From NCBI GenBank assembly GCA_963664435.2, contig CAXXKM010000002.1, positions 192,001 to 256,000 of the forward strand: a stretch of DNA of 64,000 bases, read 5' to 3'. The DNA comes from Longimicrobiales bacterium. GTDB lineage: Bacteria > Gemmatimonadota > Gemmatimonadetes > Longimicrobiales > Gaopeijiaceae. Both the position numbers and the translations under genes were made by a program. Shown in pieces: positions 38,982 through 49,777 of this stretch. How positions within the stretch are numbered: the first letter of the stretch is position 1; each line of letters opens with the position of its first letter. Under the pieces are notes generated by a model. That model did no database searches. It was given only the letters and a program-made list of their open reading frames with translations, and was not told the origin of the DNA.

Positions 38982-41900
38982 CTACGCGCCGCCCCGCCGC
39001 ACCGGCATCGTCACCGCTTCACCGGGGTCGGGCCGGATCCCCCGCTCGTCCAGCTGCCGGTAGAGGGCGGGCATCTCGTCGGCCACGATCTCGTTCAGCC
39101 GCTCGATCAGGGGAGGCACCCTCTCCCAGGCCCGGTCGAGCTGCCAGAGCTGGTCGGCGGTGGGGCGCGTGCTGGATGACTCGATGGCGCCGGCGCCGCG
39201 CGCGCCCGCGGCGGCCTGGTTGATGTCGCGCCCGAGTTCGCGCGCTTCCTCGAGCAGGCCGCTCACCTCTTCGCTCAACTCCTCGGGGGTCTCTTCCTGT
39301 TCGCGCAGGAGGGAGCTGACCTCCATGAGCTGGGTGGTGACGCGCCGGACGGCCTGACCGGCCTCGTAGACGGGACCGGCGAGGTCGTAGGCGCTCATCA
39401 GCGCCGCCTGGCGGGTCTCCAGGTCCGCGCGGCTCATCTCGACCCGGGGATCCAGGCGGATCGCCACCTGCCGTTCCTGCGTCACGCCGGCAGTCTCCAG
39501 CCGCACCGTATAGGTGCCGGGGAGCACCCGCGGGCCGCGCGCCTGGCCGCCCCCGAAGCCTCCGCCGAACTGCTGGGCCGGACCCGAGGGCGTGTAGGGC
39601 GGTTCGATCCGGAGATCCCATCTCACCTGCTGAATGCCCGCGGCCGCCGGCCCGGTGAGTTCGCGCACCACCTCGCCGCCGCCGCCAAGGATGGTGATCT
39701 TCGCCTGTCCCGACGCGTCTGCGGCGGCCTCCCGGCCACCGGCATCGCCGTCCCCACCGTTTCCGGGCGGCGACGCGGCCACCACACCACCCCCCGCGCC
39801 GGCCTCTCCGACGTAATAGCGGATGAGCGCCCCGGCCGGCGGATTGGGCGACACGTACACCCCGGGCGTCCATCCCTGGGGCGTGTAGGGGTTGTACAGG
39901 GTGGCCCGCCGCACCGGGAACAGGTGCGCGTCGGCGGCCAGCACCTCCGCGGTCAGGCCCTCCAGGGGAGCGATGTCCTCCATGATGTAGATTCCGCGCC
40001 CGTGCGTCCCCAGCACCAGGTCGTTCTCGCGCGGGTGGATCTTGATGTCGTCCACCGGCACCGCGGGCAGACCGTTGGCGAGGGCCATCCACTGCTCCCC
40101 GCCGTCCACCGAGAAGAACACCCCCACCTCGTTGCCCACGAAGAGCAGTCCGGCGGTGCGGTGGTGCTCGGTGATCACGTTGACCGAGGTCGCGGGCAGG
40201 CCGTCAACGATGCGGCGCCAGTTCTCGCCGTAATCCGTGCTCGCGTAGACGTGGGCGGCGAAGTCGTTGTTGCGGTGGCCGTCGAAGGTGGCGTAGACGG
40301 TGGCGACGTCGTGCGCCGAGGCGACCACCCGGCTCACGTAGGTGCGCTCGGGCAGCCCGGGGATGTTGCCGGTGACGTCCGTCCAGGAAGCGCCGCCGTC
40401 CCGCGTCACGTGCACCCTGCCGTCGTCGCTGCCCACGTAGAGGAGCCCCGCGTCGAACGGCGACTCCGAGATCGTCTCCAGGTTGCCGTAGGACGCCTGT
40501 CCGTCGTTGGCCGACATCTGCGGTTCCGAGCCGGCCACTCCCATGATCTCCAGCTCGGCACGGTCCATCGCGTGAGTCAGATCGGGGCTGATCTCCTCCC
40601 AGGTCATCCCGAGATCGCGCGAGCGGAAGAGCACGTTGCTGCCCACGTAGACGGTGTTCTCGTCGTGCTGCGACAGGAGCACCGGGGTGTCCCAGTTCCA
40701 GCGAAGCTCCCTCTCCTCGTCATCTTCCAGGGGACGCCCCACGGGCCGCATGCGGGTGCGCTCCATGGTCACCAGGTCGACGCGCATGAGGTTGCCCCCC
40801 TGCGACTCCGAGAACATCATCCGCGGGTTGTCCGGATGCATGACGGTGTAGAAGCCGTCCCCGCCCCCCACGTTGTACCAGTCGCGCGTGCGGATGCCCT
40901 GGTTGGACCAGGTGTCGCTCGGGGCGCACCAGGAGCCGTTGTCCTGCAGTCCGCCGCACACGTGATAGGGCTCGCGCATGTCCACGCCGATCTCGTAGAA
41001 CTGCGCAAGGGGGATGTTGGTCAGCTGGCGCCATGTGCGCGAGCGGTCCCAGCTGATCGCGATGCCGCCGTCTCCGCCGAGGATGAGATGGTCGGAGTTG
41101 GCGGGGTCGATCCACATGGCATGGTGATCGGGATGAACCTCGCTGGCGGCGTCGGGGGTGAAGGTGTTGCCCCCGTCGAGCGACTTGTACAGGCTCGACC
41201 CGGCCGTGTAGATGCGCTCGGGGTCGTCGGGATCGACCCAGATCTGGCTGTAATACATGGGCCGGTTGTTGGTCGTGCTGATCTGTTCCCAGGTCTCGCC
41301 CCGGTCGGTGGAACGGTAGACGCCGTTGCGCGAGGAGCCGCTCCCGCCGCCGCCGAAGCCCTGCCCGGGCGTGCGCTTGTCGGCCTCCACGATGGCGAAC
41401 ACCAGGTTGCCGTCGCCCCGGTAGATGTCCAGCCCGATGCGTCCCATGTCGCCATCGGGGAGCCCGTCCGTGAGCTCCACCCAGGAAGCCCCCCCGTCGG
41501 TGGTGCGGTGGATGCCGCTCCCGGGCCCGCCCCCGTTGAAGCCCCACGCGGTGCGCCGACGCTGGTACATGGCGGCGAACAGGGTCTCGGGATCGTTGGC
41601 GTCCATCGCCAGGTCGATGGCCCCCGTGTCCTCGTCCACGAAGAGCACCAGCTCCCAGCTCTCCCCGCCGTCGGTGGTCTTGTAGACGCCCCGCTCCGGG
41701 TTGGCGCCCCACAGCCGACCGACCGCCGCCACGTACACGATGGACGGGTCGCGCGGGTGGATGCGGATGCGCGAGATGTGGTGGGTTTCCGCCAGCCCCA
41801 TGTGCCGCCACGTGCGCCCGGCGTCGGTGGATTTGTAGACGCCGTTCCCCCAGGGCGAGCTCTGGCGGTTCTGCGGCTCCCCGCTTCCGACCCACACCAC

Positions 41901-42233
41901 GTTGGGGTTGGAGGGCGCCACCGTGACGTCCCCGACCGAGGTGGTCGGCTCGTTGTCGAAGACCGGCTCGAAGGTGGTGCCGTGGTTGACGGTCTTCCAC
42001 ACGCCGCCGGTGGCGGTGCCCACGTAGAAGGTGGACGGATCGGTCTCGACCACGGCCAGGTCCGAAACACGCCCGCCCATGATGGTCGGACCGATGTTGC
42101 GCCACTCCAGGTTGGCGACCGCCGCCTCCACCCGCGCCGCGTCCCCCTGCGCAACGGCGCCGGACGGCCAGACCGGCGCAAGCACGGCGACCAGGGCCAT
42201 CCCCACACGCAACGAACGGCTCTTGAAACTCAT
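38982..42233 (-). CDS. Secreted BNR/Asp-box (sortilin/Vps10-like) beta-propeller protein
   Basis: Signal peptide; many S/T-x-D-x-G-x-T/S-W repeats; GGLQDNGSW, GTHGRG. Confidence 0.88.
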   Translation of the reverse strand: MSFKSRSLRVGMALVAVLAPVWPSGAVAQGDAARVEAAVANLEWRNIGPTIMGGRVSDLAVVETDPSTFYVGTATGGVWKTVNHGTTFEPVFDNEPTTSVGDVTVAPSNPNVVWVGSGEPQNRQSSPWGNGVYKSTDAGRTWRHMGLAETHHISRIRIHPRDPSIVYVAAVGRLWGANPERGVYKTTDGGESWELVLFVDEDTGAIDLAMDANDPETLFAAMYQRRRTAWGFNGGGPGSGIHRTTDGGASWVELTDGLPDGDMGRIGLDIYRGDGNLVFAIVEADKRTPGQGFGGGGSGSSRNGVYRSTDRGETWEQISTTNNRPMYYSQIWVDPDDPERIYTAGSSLYKSLDGGNTFTPDAASEVHPDHHAMWIDPANSDHLILGGDGGIAISWDRSRTWRQLTNIPLAQFYEIGVDMREPYHVCGGLQDNGSWCAPSDTWSNQGIRTRDWYNVGGGDGFYTVMHPDNPRMMFSESQGGNLMRVDLVTMERTRMRPVGRPLEDDEERELRWNWDTPVLLSQHDENTVYVGSNVLFRSRDLGMTWEEISPDLTHAMDRAELEIMGVAGSEPQMSANDGQASYGNLETISESPFDAGLLYVGSDDGRVHVTRDGGASWTDVTGNIPGLPERTYVSRVVASAHDVATVYATFDGHRNNDFAAHVYASTDYGENWRRIVDGLPATSVNVITEHHRTAGLLFVGNEVGVFFSVDGGEQWMALANGLPAVPVDDIKIHPRENDLVLGTHGRGIYIMEDIAPLEGLTAEVLAADAHLFPVRRATLYNPYTPQGWTPGVYVSPNPPAGALIRYYVGEAGAGGGVVAASPPGNGGDGDAGGREAAADASGQAKITILGGGGEVVRELTGPAAAGIQQVRWDLRIEPPYTPSGPAQQFGGGFGGGQARGPRVLPGTYTVRLETAGVTQERQVAIRLDPRVEMSRADLETRQAALMSAYDLAGPVYEAGQAVRRVTTQLMEVSSLLREQEETPEELSEEVSGLLEEARELGRDINQAAAGARGAGAIESSSTRPTADQLWQLDRAWERVPPLIERLNEIVADEMPALYRQLDERGIRPDPGEAVTMPVRRGGA

Positions 42234-42581
42234 GTCGTCTCCCGGTTCTGAATGAGCACTCCGTTGAACTCACATTGTACGTTGCGGGCTTCCGTCGGGG
42301 GAGCCTCCGCAGGCAGCGCCCGTCCATCAGGGATTCGCACGGGTGGCGAGGTCCGGCGGCACACCGGAACCTGTCCGCCGCGGCCCGGACCGACCTCCCG
42401 GGGACGCCCCGCCGTTGTTCACATCGGAGCCCACGCACTACACTGTAATCTGCGCCGGAAGCGGGACGCGCGAACCGCGAGAGTCGATCACCACGAAGGC
42501 CGGTTTCCGGACGCGAATTCAAGCACGCCAAGCGGGGCGAACCCGATGACGGGATGGCCCCGGGACGATGAGGAGGCTCCG

Positions 42582-44087
42582 ATGAGACACCCCTGGATCC
42601 GCAACCCTGCCGGCGCCGCGGCGCTCGCGCTTCTCCTGCTCTCCGCTCCTCCGGCTCATGCCCAGCAAGCGCTCGCGGATGATCCCGGCGTCGCCGAAGC
42701 CCTGCATCTGCTGGATATCTGGATGGATGCGGCGCAGGCCTACGGGGGCATCCCCGGCGCCTCCCTCTCCGTCGTGCACGATCAGGAACTGGTGTGGGCG
42801 AAGGGATACGGGCACGCGCACCTGGAGGGCGCGGAGCCCGCGAGCCCGTCGACCATGTACTCGATCTGCTCCATCTCCAAGCTCTTCACCGCGGTCGGCG
42901 TGCTGCAGCTGCGCGACCAGGGCAAGCTGGGGCTGGACGACGCCGTGGCGAAGCACCTGGACTGGTTCAACATCAAGGACGATTACACCGAGGCGGGACC
43001 GGTCGACATCGAGGGGTTGCTCACGCACAGCTCGGGTCTCCCGCGCGAGGCGGGCGTACCGTACTGGACGGGGCCCGACTATCCCTTCCCGACCCCCGAG
43101 AAGATCGTCGAGACCCTGCCCACGCAGTCGATGCTCTATCCGCCGCGGACCTATTTCCAGTACTCGAATCTCGCACTCACGCTGGCGGGCGAGATCGTCG
43201 CGGAGGCGTCGGGGGAGAGCTACGACGACTATATCCGGGCCAACATCCTGGACCCGCTGGGGATGTCCAGCACCTTCACCGACCTGGAGGACCGCTTCCG
43301 CGGCAACCGCCTGGCCACCGGTTACACGGCGCGCGGACGGGACGGCGAGCGACATGTGATCCCGGACTACTGGGTGCGCGGCATCAGCCCGGCCGCCGGA
43401 TTCATCTCGACCGTCGAAGACCTCGGGCGCTTCGCCTCCTGGCAGTTCCGCGTACTCGATGGCGATGACGCCCTGCTCGACCGCAACACGCTGCGCGACA
43501 TGCATCGCGTGCACTGGTCGGAGCCTGACGGGAACACCACCTACGGGCTGGGCTTCTCGGTGTGGAAGTCGGACGGGGACACCTTCGTGGGCCACGGCGG
43601 CTCCTGCCCGGGATACCGCAGCCACCTGCTGCTGCGGCCCCAGGACAAGGTCGCCACGGCGTTCATGACCAACGGCCAGGGGGTGAACTCCCGGCAGTTC
43701 GCCCAGACCGCTTTCGACATCGTCGCGCCCGCGCTCCGGCGGGCGGGGAAGAAGTCGTCCGGGACTCCGGCAGACGCAGGCATGGTTGCGCCCGATGGCG
43801 CCGACGCTTCCGGCGAGAGCCTCGAGCCCTTCACCGGCACCTACCAGCGGCCCCTCGGCGGGGAGAGCGCGGTGCTGATCTGGCAAGGCGACCTGCACGT
43901 GCTGTCGCTCCCCACCAATAACCCTCTCAACTCCCTGACCCGGCTCCGCCACATCGAGGACGGCACCTTCCGGCGGGTGCGCGACAACGACGACCTGGGC
44001 GAAGCGTTCATCTTCGAAGAGATGCCCGATGGACGCATGCTGATGTGGCGCAACGACAACTACAGCGTCCGCCCGGCGGGGATGTGA
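42582..44087 (+). CDS. Secreted serine hydrolase, beta-lactamase/S12 family
   Basis: AGGAGG SD; SISK, LLTHSSG, YSN, GHGG. Confidence 0.9.
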   Translation: MRHPWIRNPAGAAALALLLLSAPPAHAQQALADDPGVAEALHLLDIWMDAAQAYGGIPGASLSVVHDQELVWAKGYGHAHLEGAEPASPSTMYSICSISKLFTAVGVLQLRDQGKLGLDDAVAKHLDWFNIKDDYTEAGPVDIEGLLTHSSGLPREAGVPYWTGPDYPFPTPEKIVETLPTQSMLYPPRTYFQYSNLALTLAGEIVAEASGESYDDYIRANILDPLGMSSTFTDLEDRFRGNRLATGYTARGRDGERHVIPDYWVRGISPAAGFISTVEDLGRFASWQFRVLDGDDALLDRNTLRDMHRVHWSEPDGNTTYGLGFSVWKSDGDTFVGHGGSCPGYRSHLLLRPQDKVATAFMTNGQGVNSRQFAQTAFDIVAPALRRAGKKSSGTPADAGMVAPDGADASGESLEPFTGTYQRPLGGESAVLIWQGDLHVLSLPTNNPLNSLTRLRHIEDGTFRRVRDNDDLGEAFIFEEMPDGRMLMWRNDNYSVRPAGM

Positions 44088-45703
44088 GCGCCGCCAGCCC
44101 GCATGCCATCCGGGCGCTGACGCGGATGCCAGGGTCCGCCCTGGTGCTGGCGTTCCTGGCCATCCCCGCAACCGGGGACGCCCAGAACGCCAGGCCACGC
44201 GACCCCGCCGAGGCCTTCCCGGTCGACCGGGCGATGATTGCGCGCATCCGCGAGGAAGGGCTGAAGCGCTCGCAGCTGGCCAACACCCTCTCCTACATGA
44301 CCGACGTGCTGGGCGGCCGCCTGACCAACTCGGACGCCATGGACCGGGCGCAGCGCTGGGTGGTCGGGGAGATGGAGCGCATCGGGCTGGTAAACGTAGA
44401 GCGCGAGCCCTTCATGCCCTACGGCGCGAGCTGGGACAACGAGTACGTCTCGGTCCACATGACCGCCCCCTCCTACCAGCCGCTGGTGGCCTACCCGATC
44501 GCCCACACGCCGGGGACCGGCGGACGTCTCGAGCTGGACGTGGTCATCGCGGACGTGCGCACGATCAACGACCTGGCCTCGGTGCGGGGCAGGCTACGCG
44601 GCAAGGCCGTGCTCTCCACCCCGCCGCCCGCCATCGACCTGACCCGCTTCGCGACCGGCACCCCGCGCAGGAGCGGGGAGGAGATGCGGCAGCTGGCCGA
44701 GGACGTGATTCCCCCCGCACCCGCGCCCGACGACTACTTCTCCCGCCTGTACCCCGACGCACCCGCCAACCCCGACATCCTCACCGCCGCGGAGCGGCTC
44801 GCCTTCTACGTGGAGGAGGGGGTGGCGCTGGTGCTCGAGTCCAACAGCGGCTGGCCGGGAGCCGTGCGCGGCTTCGCCCGGGCCGGCGCCCGCATCGACC
44901 GGTGGTCGCGGGATGCGACCCTGGCTTCCGTGCCGGTGGTGGCGGTAACCCCCGAACACTACAACCGCATGTACCGCATCCTGCGGCGTGACATCCCGGT
45001 CACGGTGCAGGCAGAGGTGCGCAACCGGCACGGGGAGGGGGTGACCGAAGCCCGCAACGTGCTGGGCGAGATCCGGGGCACCGACCTGGCGGACGAGGTG
45101 GTGATGCTGGGCGCCCATTTCGACACCTGGCACGCGAGCCCCAACGCGAGCGACAACACCTCCGGGGTGGCGGTCATGCTCGAAGCCGCGCGCATCCTGA
45201 ACGCCGTCGGGGCGCGCCCTCGCCGAACCATCCGCGTGGCGCTCTGGTCCGGCGAGGAGCAGGGGCTGTTCGGTTCGAGCGCCTACGTGCGCGAGCACTT
45301 CGGCGATCCCGCATTCGGCACCACACCCGAATACGAGACGTTCTCCGTGTACTTCAACCAGGACTACGGCCCCGGCCAGTACCGGGGCGTCTGGCTGCAG
45401 GAGAACGAACACGTGCGCCCCATCTTCGAAGCCTGGATGGAGCCCCTGCGCGACATGGGCATGACCACGCTCTCGACCCAGGGCGTCGGGAGCACCGACC
45501 ACGTCCCCTTCGACGGCGCCGGGCTGCCGGCCTTCCAGTTCCTGCAGGCGCGCGTGGGCGGCACCGGAGGCCATACCAACCTCGACTTCTACGACACCCT
45601 GCCCATCGACGAACTCATGAAGAACGCGGTCATCATGGCGTCCTTCGTCTACCATGCGGCCATCGCGGACGCGCGCATCCCGCGCAAGGGGATCGGACGG
45701 TAA
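44084..45703 (+). CDS. M28 family metallopeptidase
   Basis: GAHFDTW, ASDNTSG, WSGEEQG, STDHVPF, HTNLD; GTGA overlap. Confidence 0.9.
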   Translation: MSAASPHAIRALTRMPGSALVLAFLAIPATGDAQNARPRDPAEAFPVDRAMIARIREEGLKRSQLANTLSYMTDVLGGRLTNSDAMDRAQRWVVGEMERIGLVNVEREPFMPYGASWDNEYVSVHMTAPSYQPLVAYPIAHTPGTGGRLELDVVIADVRTINDLASVRGRLRGKAVLSTPPPAIDLTRFATGTPRRSGEEMRQLAEDVIPPAPAPDDYFSRLYPDAPANPDILTAAERLAFYVEEGVALVLESNSGWPGAVRGFARAGARIDRWSRDATLASVPVVAVTPEHYNRMYRILRRDIPVTVQAEVRNRHGEGVTEARNVLGEIRGTDLADEVVMLGAHFDTWHASPNASDNTSGVAVMLEAARILNAVGARPRRTIRVALWSGEEQGLFGSSAYVREHFGDPAFGTTPEYETFSVYFNQDYGPGQYRGVWLQENEHVRPIFEAWMEPLRDMGMTTLSTQGVGSTDHVPFDGAGLPAFQFLQARVGGTGGHTNLDFYDTLPIDELMKNAVIMASFVYHAAIADARIPRKGIGR

Positions 45704-45705
45704 AT

Positions 45706-45756
45706 CGGCCGATTCAAAAACCGATCTTGAATCAGCCGGCACCCACGTGCTAGCTT
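45706..45756 (+). promoter_or_regulatory. 12-bp inverted repeat overlapping a TTGAAT-N18-TAGCTT promoter
   Basis: CGGCCGATTCAA-N9-TTGAATCAGCCG (one mismatch); ATG lies 6 nt after the -10. Confidence 0.6.
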
Positions 45757-45762
45757 GACCGC

Positions 45763-46929
45763 ATGATTCCAAGACATCTGGCCCCGGAACTCCTCAGGGC
45801 CGCCGGCCAGGCGCCTTCCGTCACGCTCACCGGTCCGCGGCAGGGCGGAAAGACGACCCTTTGCCGAGCTCTCTTCCCCGAGCATCCCTATCGCACTCTG
45901 GAGACCCCCGACGACCGGCGGTTCGCGACAGAGGATCCCCGGGCATTCCTGGCTCAGTTTCCGGAAGGCGCGATCATTGACGAAGTTCAGCGTGTCCCGG
46001 ATCTGCTCTCCTACCTGCAAGGCATCATCGACGAGAACCCGGCACCCGGACGCTGGATTCTCACCGGTTCCCAGAACCTCTCGCTGCTGGCGTCGGTCAG
46101 CCAGTCGCTGGCCGGACGAACCGAAGTGCTGCATCTGTTGCCGCTGACCTGGAACGAGATCCGACGCTTCGATCCGCATCCCGGTTGCCTCGAAGAGGCG
46201 CTGTTCTCGGGAGGCTATCCGCGCATCTTCGACCGGCGGCTCGACCCGGTCCGCTGGTTGCGTTCCTACGTCGCCACCTACATCGAGCGCGATGTCCGCA
46301 CCATCAGCAACGTCGGGGATCTGACGACCTTTCAGCGCTTCGTCGAATTGTGCTCCGGGCGCACTGGCCAGTTGCTCAACTACTCCGGCTTGGCCGGCGA
46401 CTGCGGAATCTCCCAACCCACCGCCAAGGCGTGGATCAACATCCTGGAGACAAGCTTCATCGCCTTCCGCCTGCCCGCCTTCCACGCCAACCTGCGAAAG
46501 CGGCTCGTCAAGATGCCGAAGCTGTACTTCTACGACACCGGCCTCGCCTGCTGGTTGATGGGCATCCGGGAATCCGGACAGCTTCGATCGCATCCGCTGC
46601 GGGGGGCCATTTTCGAGACCTGGGTGGTTTCGGAGATCGTCAAGCAACGTATAAACCGGGGCGAGACCCGGGGGCTTTCCTTCTATCGTGACCGAAGCGG
46701 CGCCGAGGTCGACCTGGTCATCGACCAGCCTTCCGGACGCACCCTGCTGGAGGCCAAGTCCACCGGAACGCCGTCCGCGAGCCTGCTCCGTGGCGCCGAG
46801 CGGGTGCGCGGCCATTTCGGCCGTGGAACAGCGCCCGATGTGGCCGTCGTATACGGAGGCGAAGACCTTCAGGAGCGCACGGGCGGACGACTGATACCGT
46901 GGCGGATGCTGGGGAACACAACCTGGTGA
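45763..46929 (+). CDS. AAA_14 / DUF4143 ATP-binding protein
   Basis: GPRQGGKTT, IIDEVQ, ILTGS, GGYP, PKLYFYDTGL, IFET, EVDLV...EAKS. Confidence 0.92.
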   Translation: MIPRHLAPELLRAAGQAPSVTLTGPRQGGKTTLCRALFPEHPYRTLETPDDRRFATEDPRAFLAQFPEGAIIDEVQRVPDLLSYLQGIIDENPAPGRWILTGSQNLSLLASVSQSLAGRTEVLHLLPLTWNEIRRFDPHPGCLEEALFSGGYPRIFDRRLDPVRWLRSYVATYIERDVRTISNVGDLTTFQRFVELCSGRTGQLLNYSGLAGDCGISQPTAKAWINILETSFIAFRLPAFHANLRKRLVKMPKLYFYDTGLACWLMGIRESGQLRSHPLRGAIFETWVVSEIVKQRINRGETRGLSFYRDRSGAEVDLVIDQPSGRTLLEAKSTGTPSASLLRGAERVRGHFGRGTAPDVAVVYGGEDLQERTGGRLIPWRMLGNTTW

Positions 46930-46987
46930 GAATCGGCACCGCCGGCGTGTGAAGCAAACCACCCGCAAACCTAGTATGTTGGAAGCC

Positions 46988-47659
46988 ATGAATACCCACC
47001 GCATCGTGCTCTTCGCACTCCTCGCCGCCACCCAGGCCTGCGCCGGCTCCGGCCCCGGCGCACCCCCGCCCGCCGCGCGCCCCGACGCAGACCGCATCGC
47101 CCGGCTCGAGGCCATCTACCAGGCGCGCGCCGACAGCCTTCTGCTCAACCCGCACGAGGCCGACGTGCATTTCATCACCGGGATGATCGGGCACCACGCC
47201 CAGGCGTTGGTCATGGCGGGTTTCGCGCCCGAAAACGGCGCCAGCCCCGCGGTCCAGGTCCTCTGCGCGCGCATCATCAACGCCCAGAGCGACGAGATCG
47301 CGATCATGCAGCGCTGGCTGCGCGAACGCGGCCTTCCGGTGCCCGAGATCCACATCGAGGGCAGCACGCTCATGGTCCACGGACCGGAGCACGCGATGAA
47401 CATGCCGGGGATGATCTCTCCGGAGCAGCTGCGCGAGCTGGAAGCGGCCCGGGGACCGGACTTCGACCGGCTCTTCCTCACCTACATGATCCAGCACCAC
47501 GAGGGCGCCGTCACCATGGTGCACGATCTCTTCGCCTCCGACGGCGCGGCCCAGGGCGACTTCATCTTCAAGATCGCCTCCGACATCCAGGTCGATCAGG
47601 CCACCGAAATCGCCCGCATGGAGCTGATGCTCGCGGAGATGACGACGCCCGGCCCGTGA
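46988..47659 (+). CDS. DUF305 ferritin-like lipoprotein
   Basis: DVHFITGMIGHHAQA, MPGM, FDRLFLTYMIQHHEGAVTM, DQATEIARM. Confidence 0.88.
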   Translation: MNTHRIVLFALLAATQACAGSGPGAPPPAARPDADRIARLEAIYQARADSLLLNPHEADVHFITGMIGHHAQALVMAGFAPENGASPAVQVLCARIINAQSDEIAIMQRWLRERGLPVPEIHIEGSTLMVHGPEHAMNMPGMISPEQLRELEAARGPDFDRLFLTYMIQHHEGAVTMVHDLFASDGAAQGDFIFKIASDIQVDQATEIARMELMLAEMTTPGP

Positions 47660-47763
47660 CCTGGAGCAAAGCCCCTCGATGCCGGCCCCGACCTGCCTGC
47701 CCGCGCTGACCCGACCCCACCGCCTGTTCTGACCGATACATCCACTCGAAACGAGGAAGTGAC

Positions 47764-49764
47764 ATGACCTCTCCGCGATCGACGCGTGACCGCGTCCGGG
47801 TCCCCGCGCGCCTCGGTGCGCTCCTCTCCTGCGCGGTGCTGCTGGTGCTCCTGCCGGCCTGCTCCGCCTACCAGTCCCCCGACACCGGCATGGCTCCCGC
47901 AGGGCTCGCCCCGCTGCGCGTGAATGCACCCGCTCCGGATCCGCGCGTCGGCCTGGCCCCCGGCCTGTTCGACGCCGGAGAGGCCGCCTGGAACCTGCGA
48001 CTGATCTCGACGACTCCTCCCACGGAGCCCTTCGTCGGCCAGACCAACTCCGACCTGGCCTTCACCGGCGATTACGTCATCCAGGGCAACTACGACGGCA
48101 TCCAGATCTGGGATATCTCCGATCCGACCAGCCCGGAGTCGGTGGTCACCTACCGGTGCCCGGCGTCGCAGAGCGACGTGTCGGTCCACGAGAACCTGCT
48201 CTTCGTGTCGGGCGAGGGACTCGGCGGGCGGCTCGACTGCGGCGACGAGGGCGTCCAGGAGGCAGTGAGCCACGACCGGCTGCGCGGCATCCGCATCTTC
48301 GACATCACCGACATCACCGCGCCCGAATACGTCGCCAACGTCCAGACCTGCCGCGGCTCGCACACCCACACCGTGCTCGAGCATCCCGGCGACGACGAGA
48401 ACGTATACATCTACGTTTCGGGCTCTTCGGCGGTACGGCCCGCGGAGGAACTCCCGGGCTGTTCCGATGGGCCGGTCGAGGACAACCCCAACACGGCGCT
48501 CTTCCGCATCGAGGTCATCCGGGTGCCCCTGGCGGATCCGGCCAGCGCCGAGATCGTGAGCTCGCCCCGCATTTTCGGGGACCTGGTGGCGCCTCCGACC
48601 CATGGCCTGGCGCCCGATGACCTCCTGGAAATCGAGGAAGCGCGCGAGCGCGGCGCCTTCATCATGGAAGGCGCGGGCCAGCCGAGGGTGCTGCGCGACC
48701 GGCAGGTGGTTCAGCTGCTCGAACAGATCGTGCAGCAGCGGGGCGGCGAAGGTCCCCCGACCGCCGCGGACAGCGCGACCCTGCGGCAGATGCTTCCACA
48801 GATGGCAGCGCAAAGGGCCGCCAGAAGCAGCAGCGGGCCGACCCAGTGCCACGACATCACCGTGTACCCCGCCATCGGGCTCGCGGGCGGCGCCTGCGGC
48901 GGATACGGCATGCTGATCGACATCAGCAACGCGGAGGCCCCGTTCCGCCTCTCCGAAGTGGCCGACTCCAACTTCTCGTACTGGCACTCGGCGACGTTCA
49001 ACAACGACGGAACCGCCGTCATGTTCACCGACGAATGGGGCGGCGGCGGATCCCCGAAGTGCCGCGCATCCGACCCGATGGAGTGGGGCGCCAACGCCGT
49101 GTTCACCATCGAGGACGGCGACATGGTGTTCCAGAGCTACTACAAGATGCCGGCACCCCAGACGACGCTCGAGAACTGCGTCGCGCACAACGGCTCGCTC
49201 ATCCCCATTCCGGGCCGCGACATCATGATCCAGGGCTGGTACCAGGGCGGCATCTCGCTCATCGACTGGACCGATCCGGCCAACCCGGTCGAGATCGCGT
49301 TCTTCGATCGCGGACCGGTGGATGCCGAGGTCATGCGGAGCGGCGGCAGCTGGTCGGTCTACTGGTACAACGGCCTGATCGTCAACTCCGAGATCGCGCG
49401 CGGGCTCGACATCTTCGAGCTGACCACGAGCGAGGTGATGACGCAGAACGAGATCGACGCGGCCAACTCGGTGCGTCTGACCCAGCTCAACTCCCAGGGC
49501 CAGCCCATCTTCGAGTGGCCTGCAACCTACGCGCTGGCTCGTGCGTATCTGGACCAGCTGGAGCGGCACCGCGGGCTGAACGCGGCGCGGATCCGGGAGG
49601 CGCGGAGCGAGCTGGCCAGGACCGAGGAGATGGCGTGGCCGGCGCAGGGTGCGGCGCTGCGCTCCCTGGCCGACGCGCTCAGCTCCGATGCCCTCGGAGC
49701 GCTGGATCGAGCCAAAGTGGCGAAGCTGGCCGACGCGGTGCGCGACCTGGCAGCCGCGGGCTGA
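47764..49764 (+). CDS. LVIVD-repeat beta-propeller lipoprotein (paralog 1)
   Basis: LPAC lipobox; NSDLAF, QIWDISDP, QTCRGSHTHT, QCHDIT, WHSATF, CVAHNG. Confidence 0.85.
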   Translation: MTSPRSTRDRVRVPARLGALLSCAVLLVLLPACSAYQSPDTGMAPAGLAPLRVNAPAPDPRVGLAPGLFDAGEAAWNLRLISTTPPTEPFVGQTNSDLAFTGDYVIQGNYDGIQIWDISDPTSPESVVTYRCPASQSDVSVHENLLFVSGEGLGGRLDCGDEGVQEAVSHDRLRGIRIFDITDITAPEYVANVQTCRGSHTHTVLEHPGDDENVYIYVSGSSAVRPAEELPGCSDGPVEDNPNTALFRIEVIRVPLADPASAEIVSSPRIFGDLVAPPTHGLAPDDLLEIEEARERGAFIMEGAGQPRVLRDRQVVQLLEQIVQQRGGEGPPTAADSATLRQMLPQMAAQRAARSSSGPTQCHDITVYPAIGLAGGACGGYGMLIDISNAEAPFRLSEVADSNFSYWHSATFNNDGTAVMFTDEWGGGGSPKCRASDPMEWGANAVFTIEDGDMVFQSYYKMPAPQTTLENCVAHNGSLIPIPGRDIMIQGWYQGGISLIDWTDPANPVEIAFFDRGPVDAEVMRSGGSWSVYWYNGLIVNSEIARGLDIFELTTSEVMTQNEIDAANSVRLTQLNSQGQPIFEWPATYALARAYLDQLERHRGLNAARIREARSELARTEEMAWPAQGAALRSLADALSSDALGALDRAKVAKLADAVRDLAAAG

Positions 49765-49777
49765 ACGGAAACCCGAC

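Noticed and set aside
42582..44087. Antibiotic-resistance beta-lactamase
   Set aside because: Generic S12 serine hydrolase (GHGG motif, C-terminal extension) in a peptidase operon.
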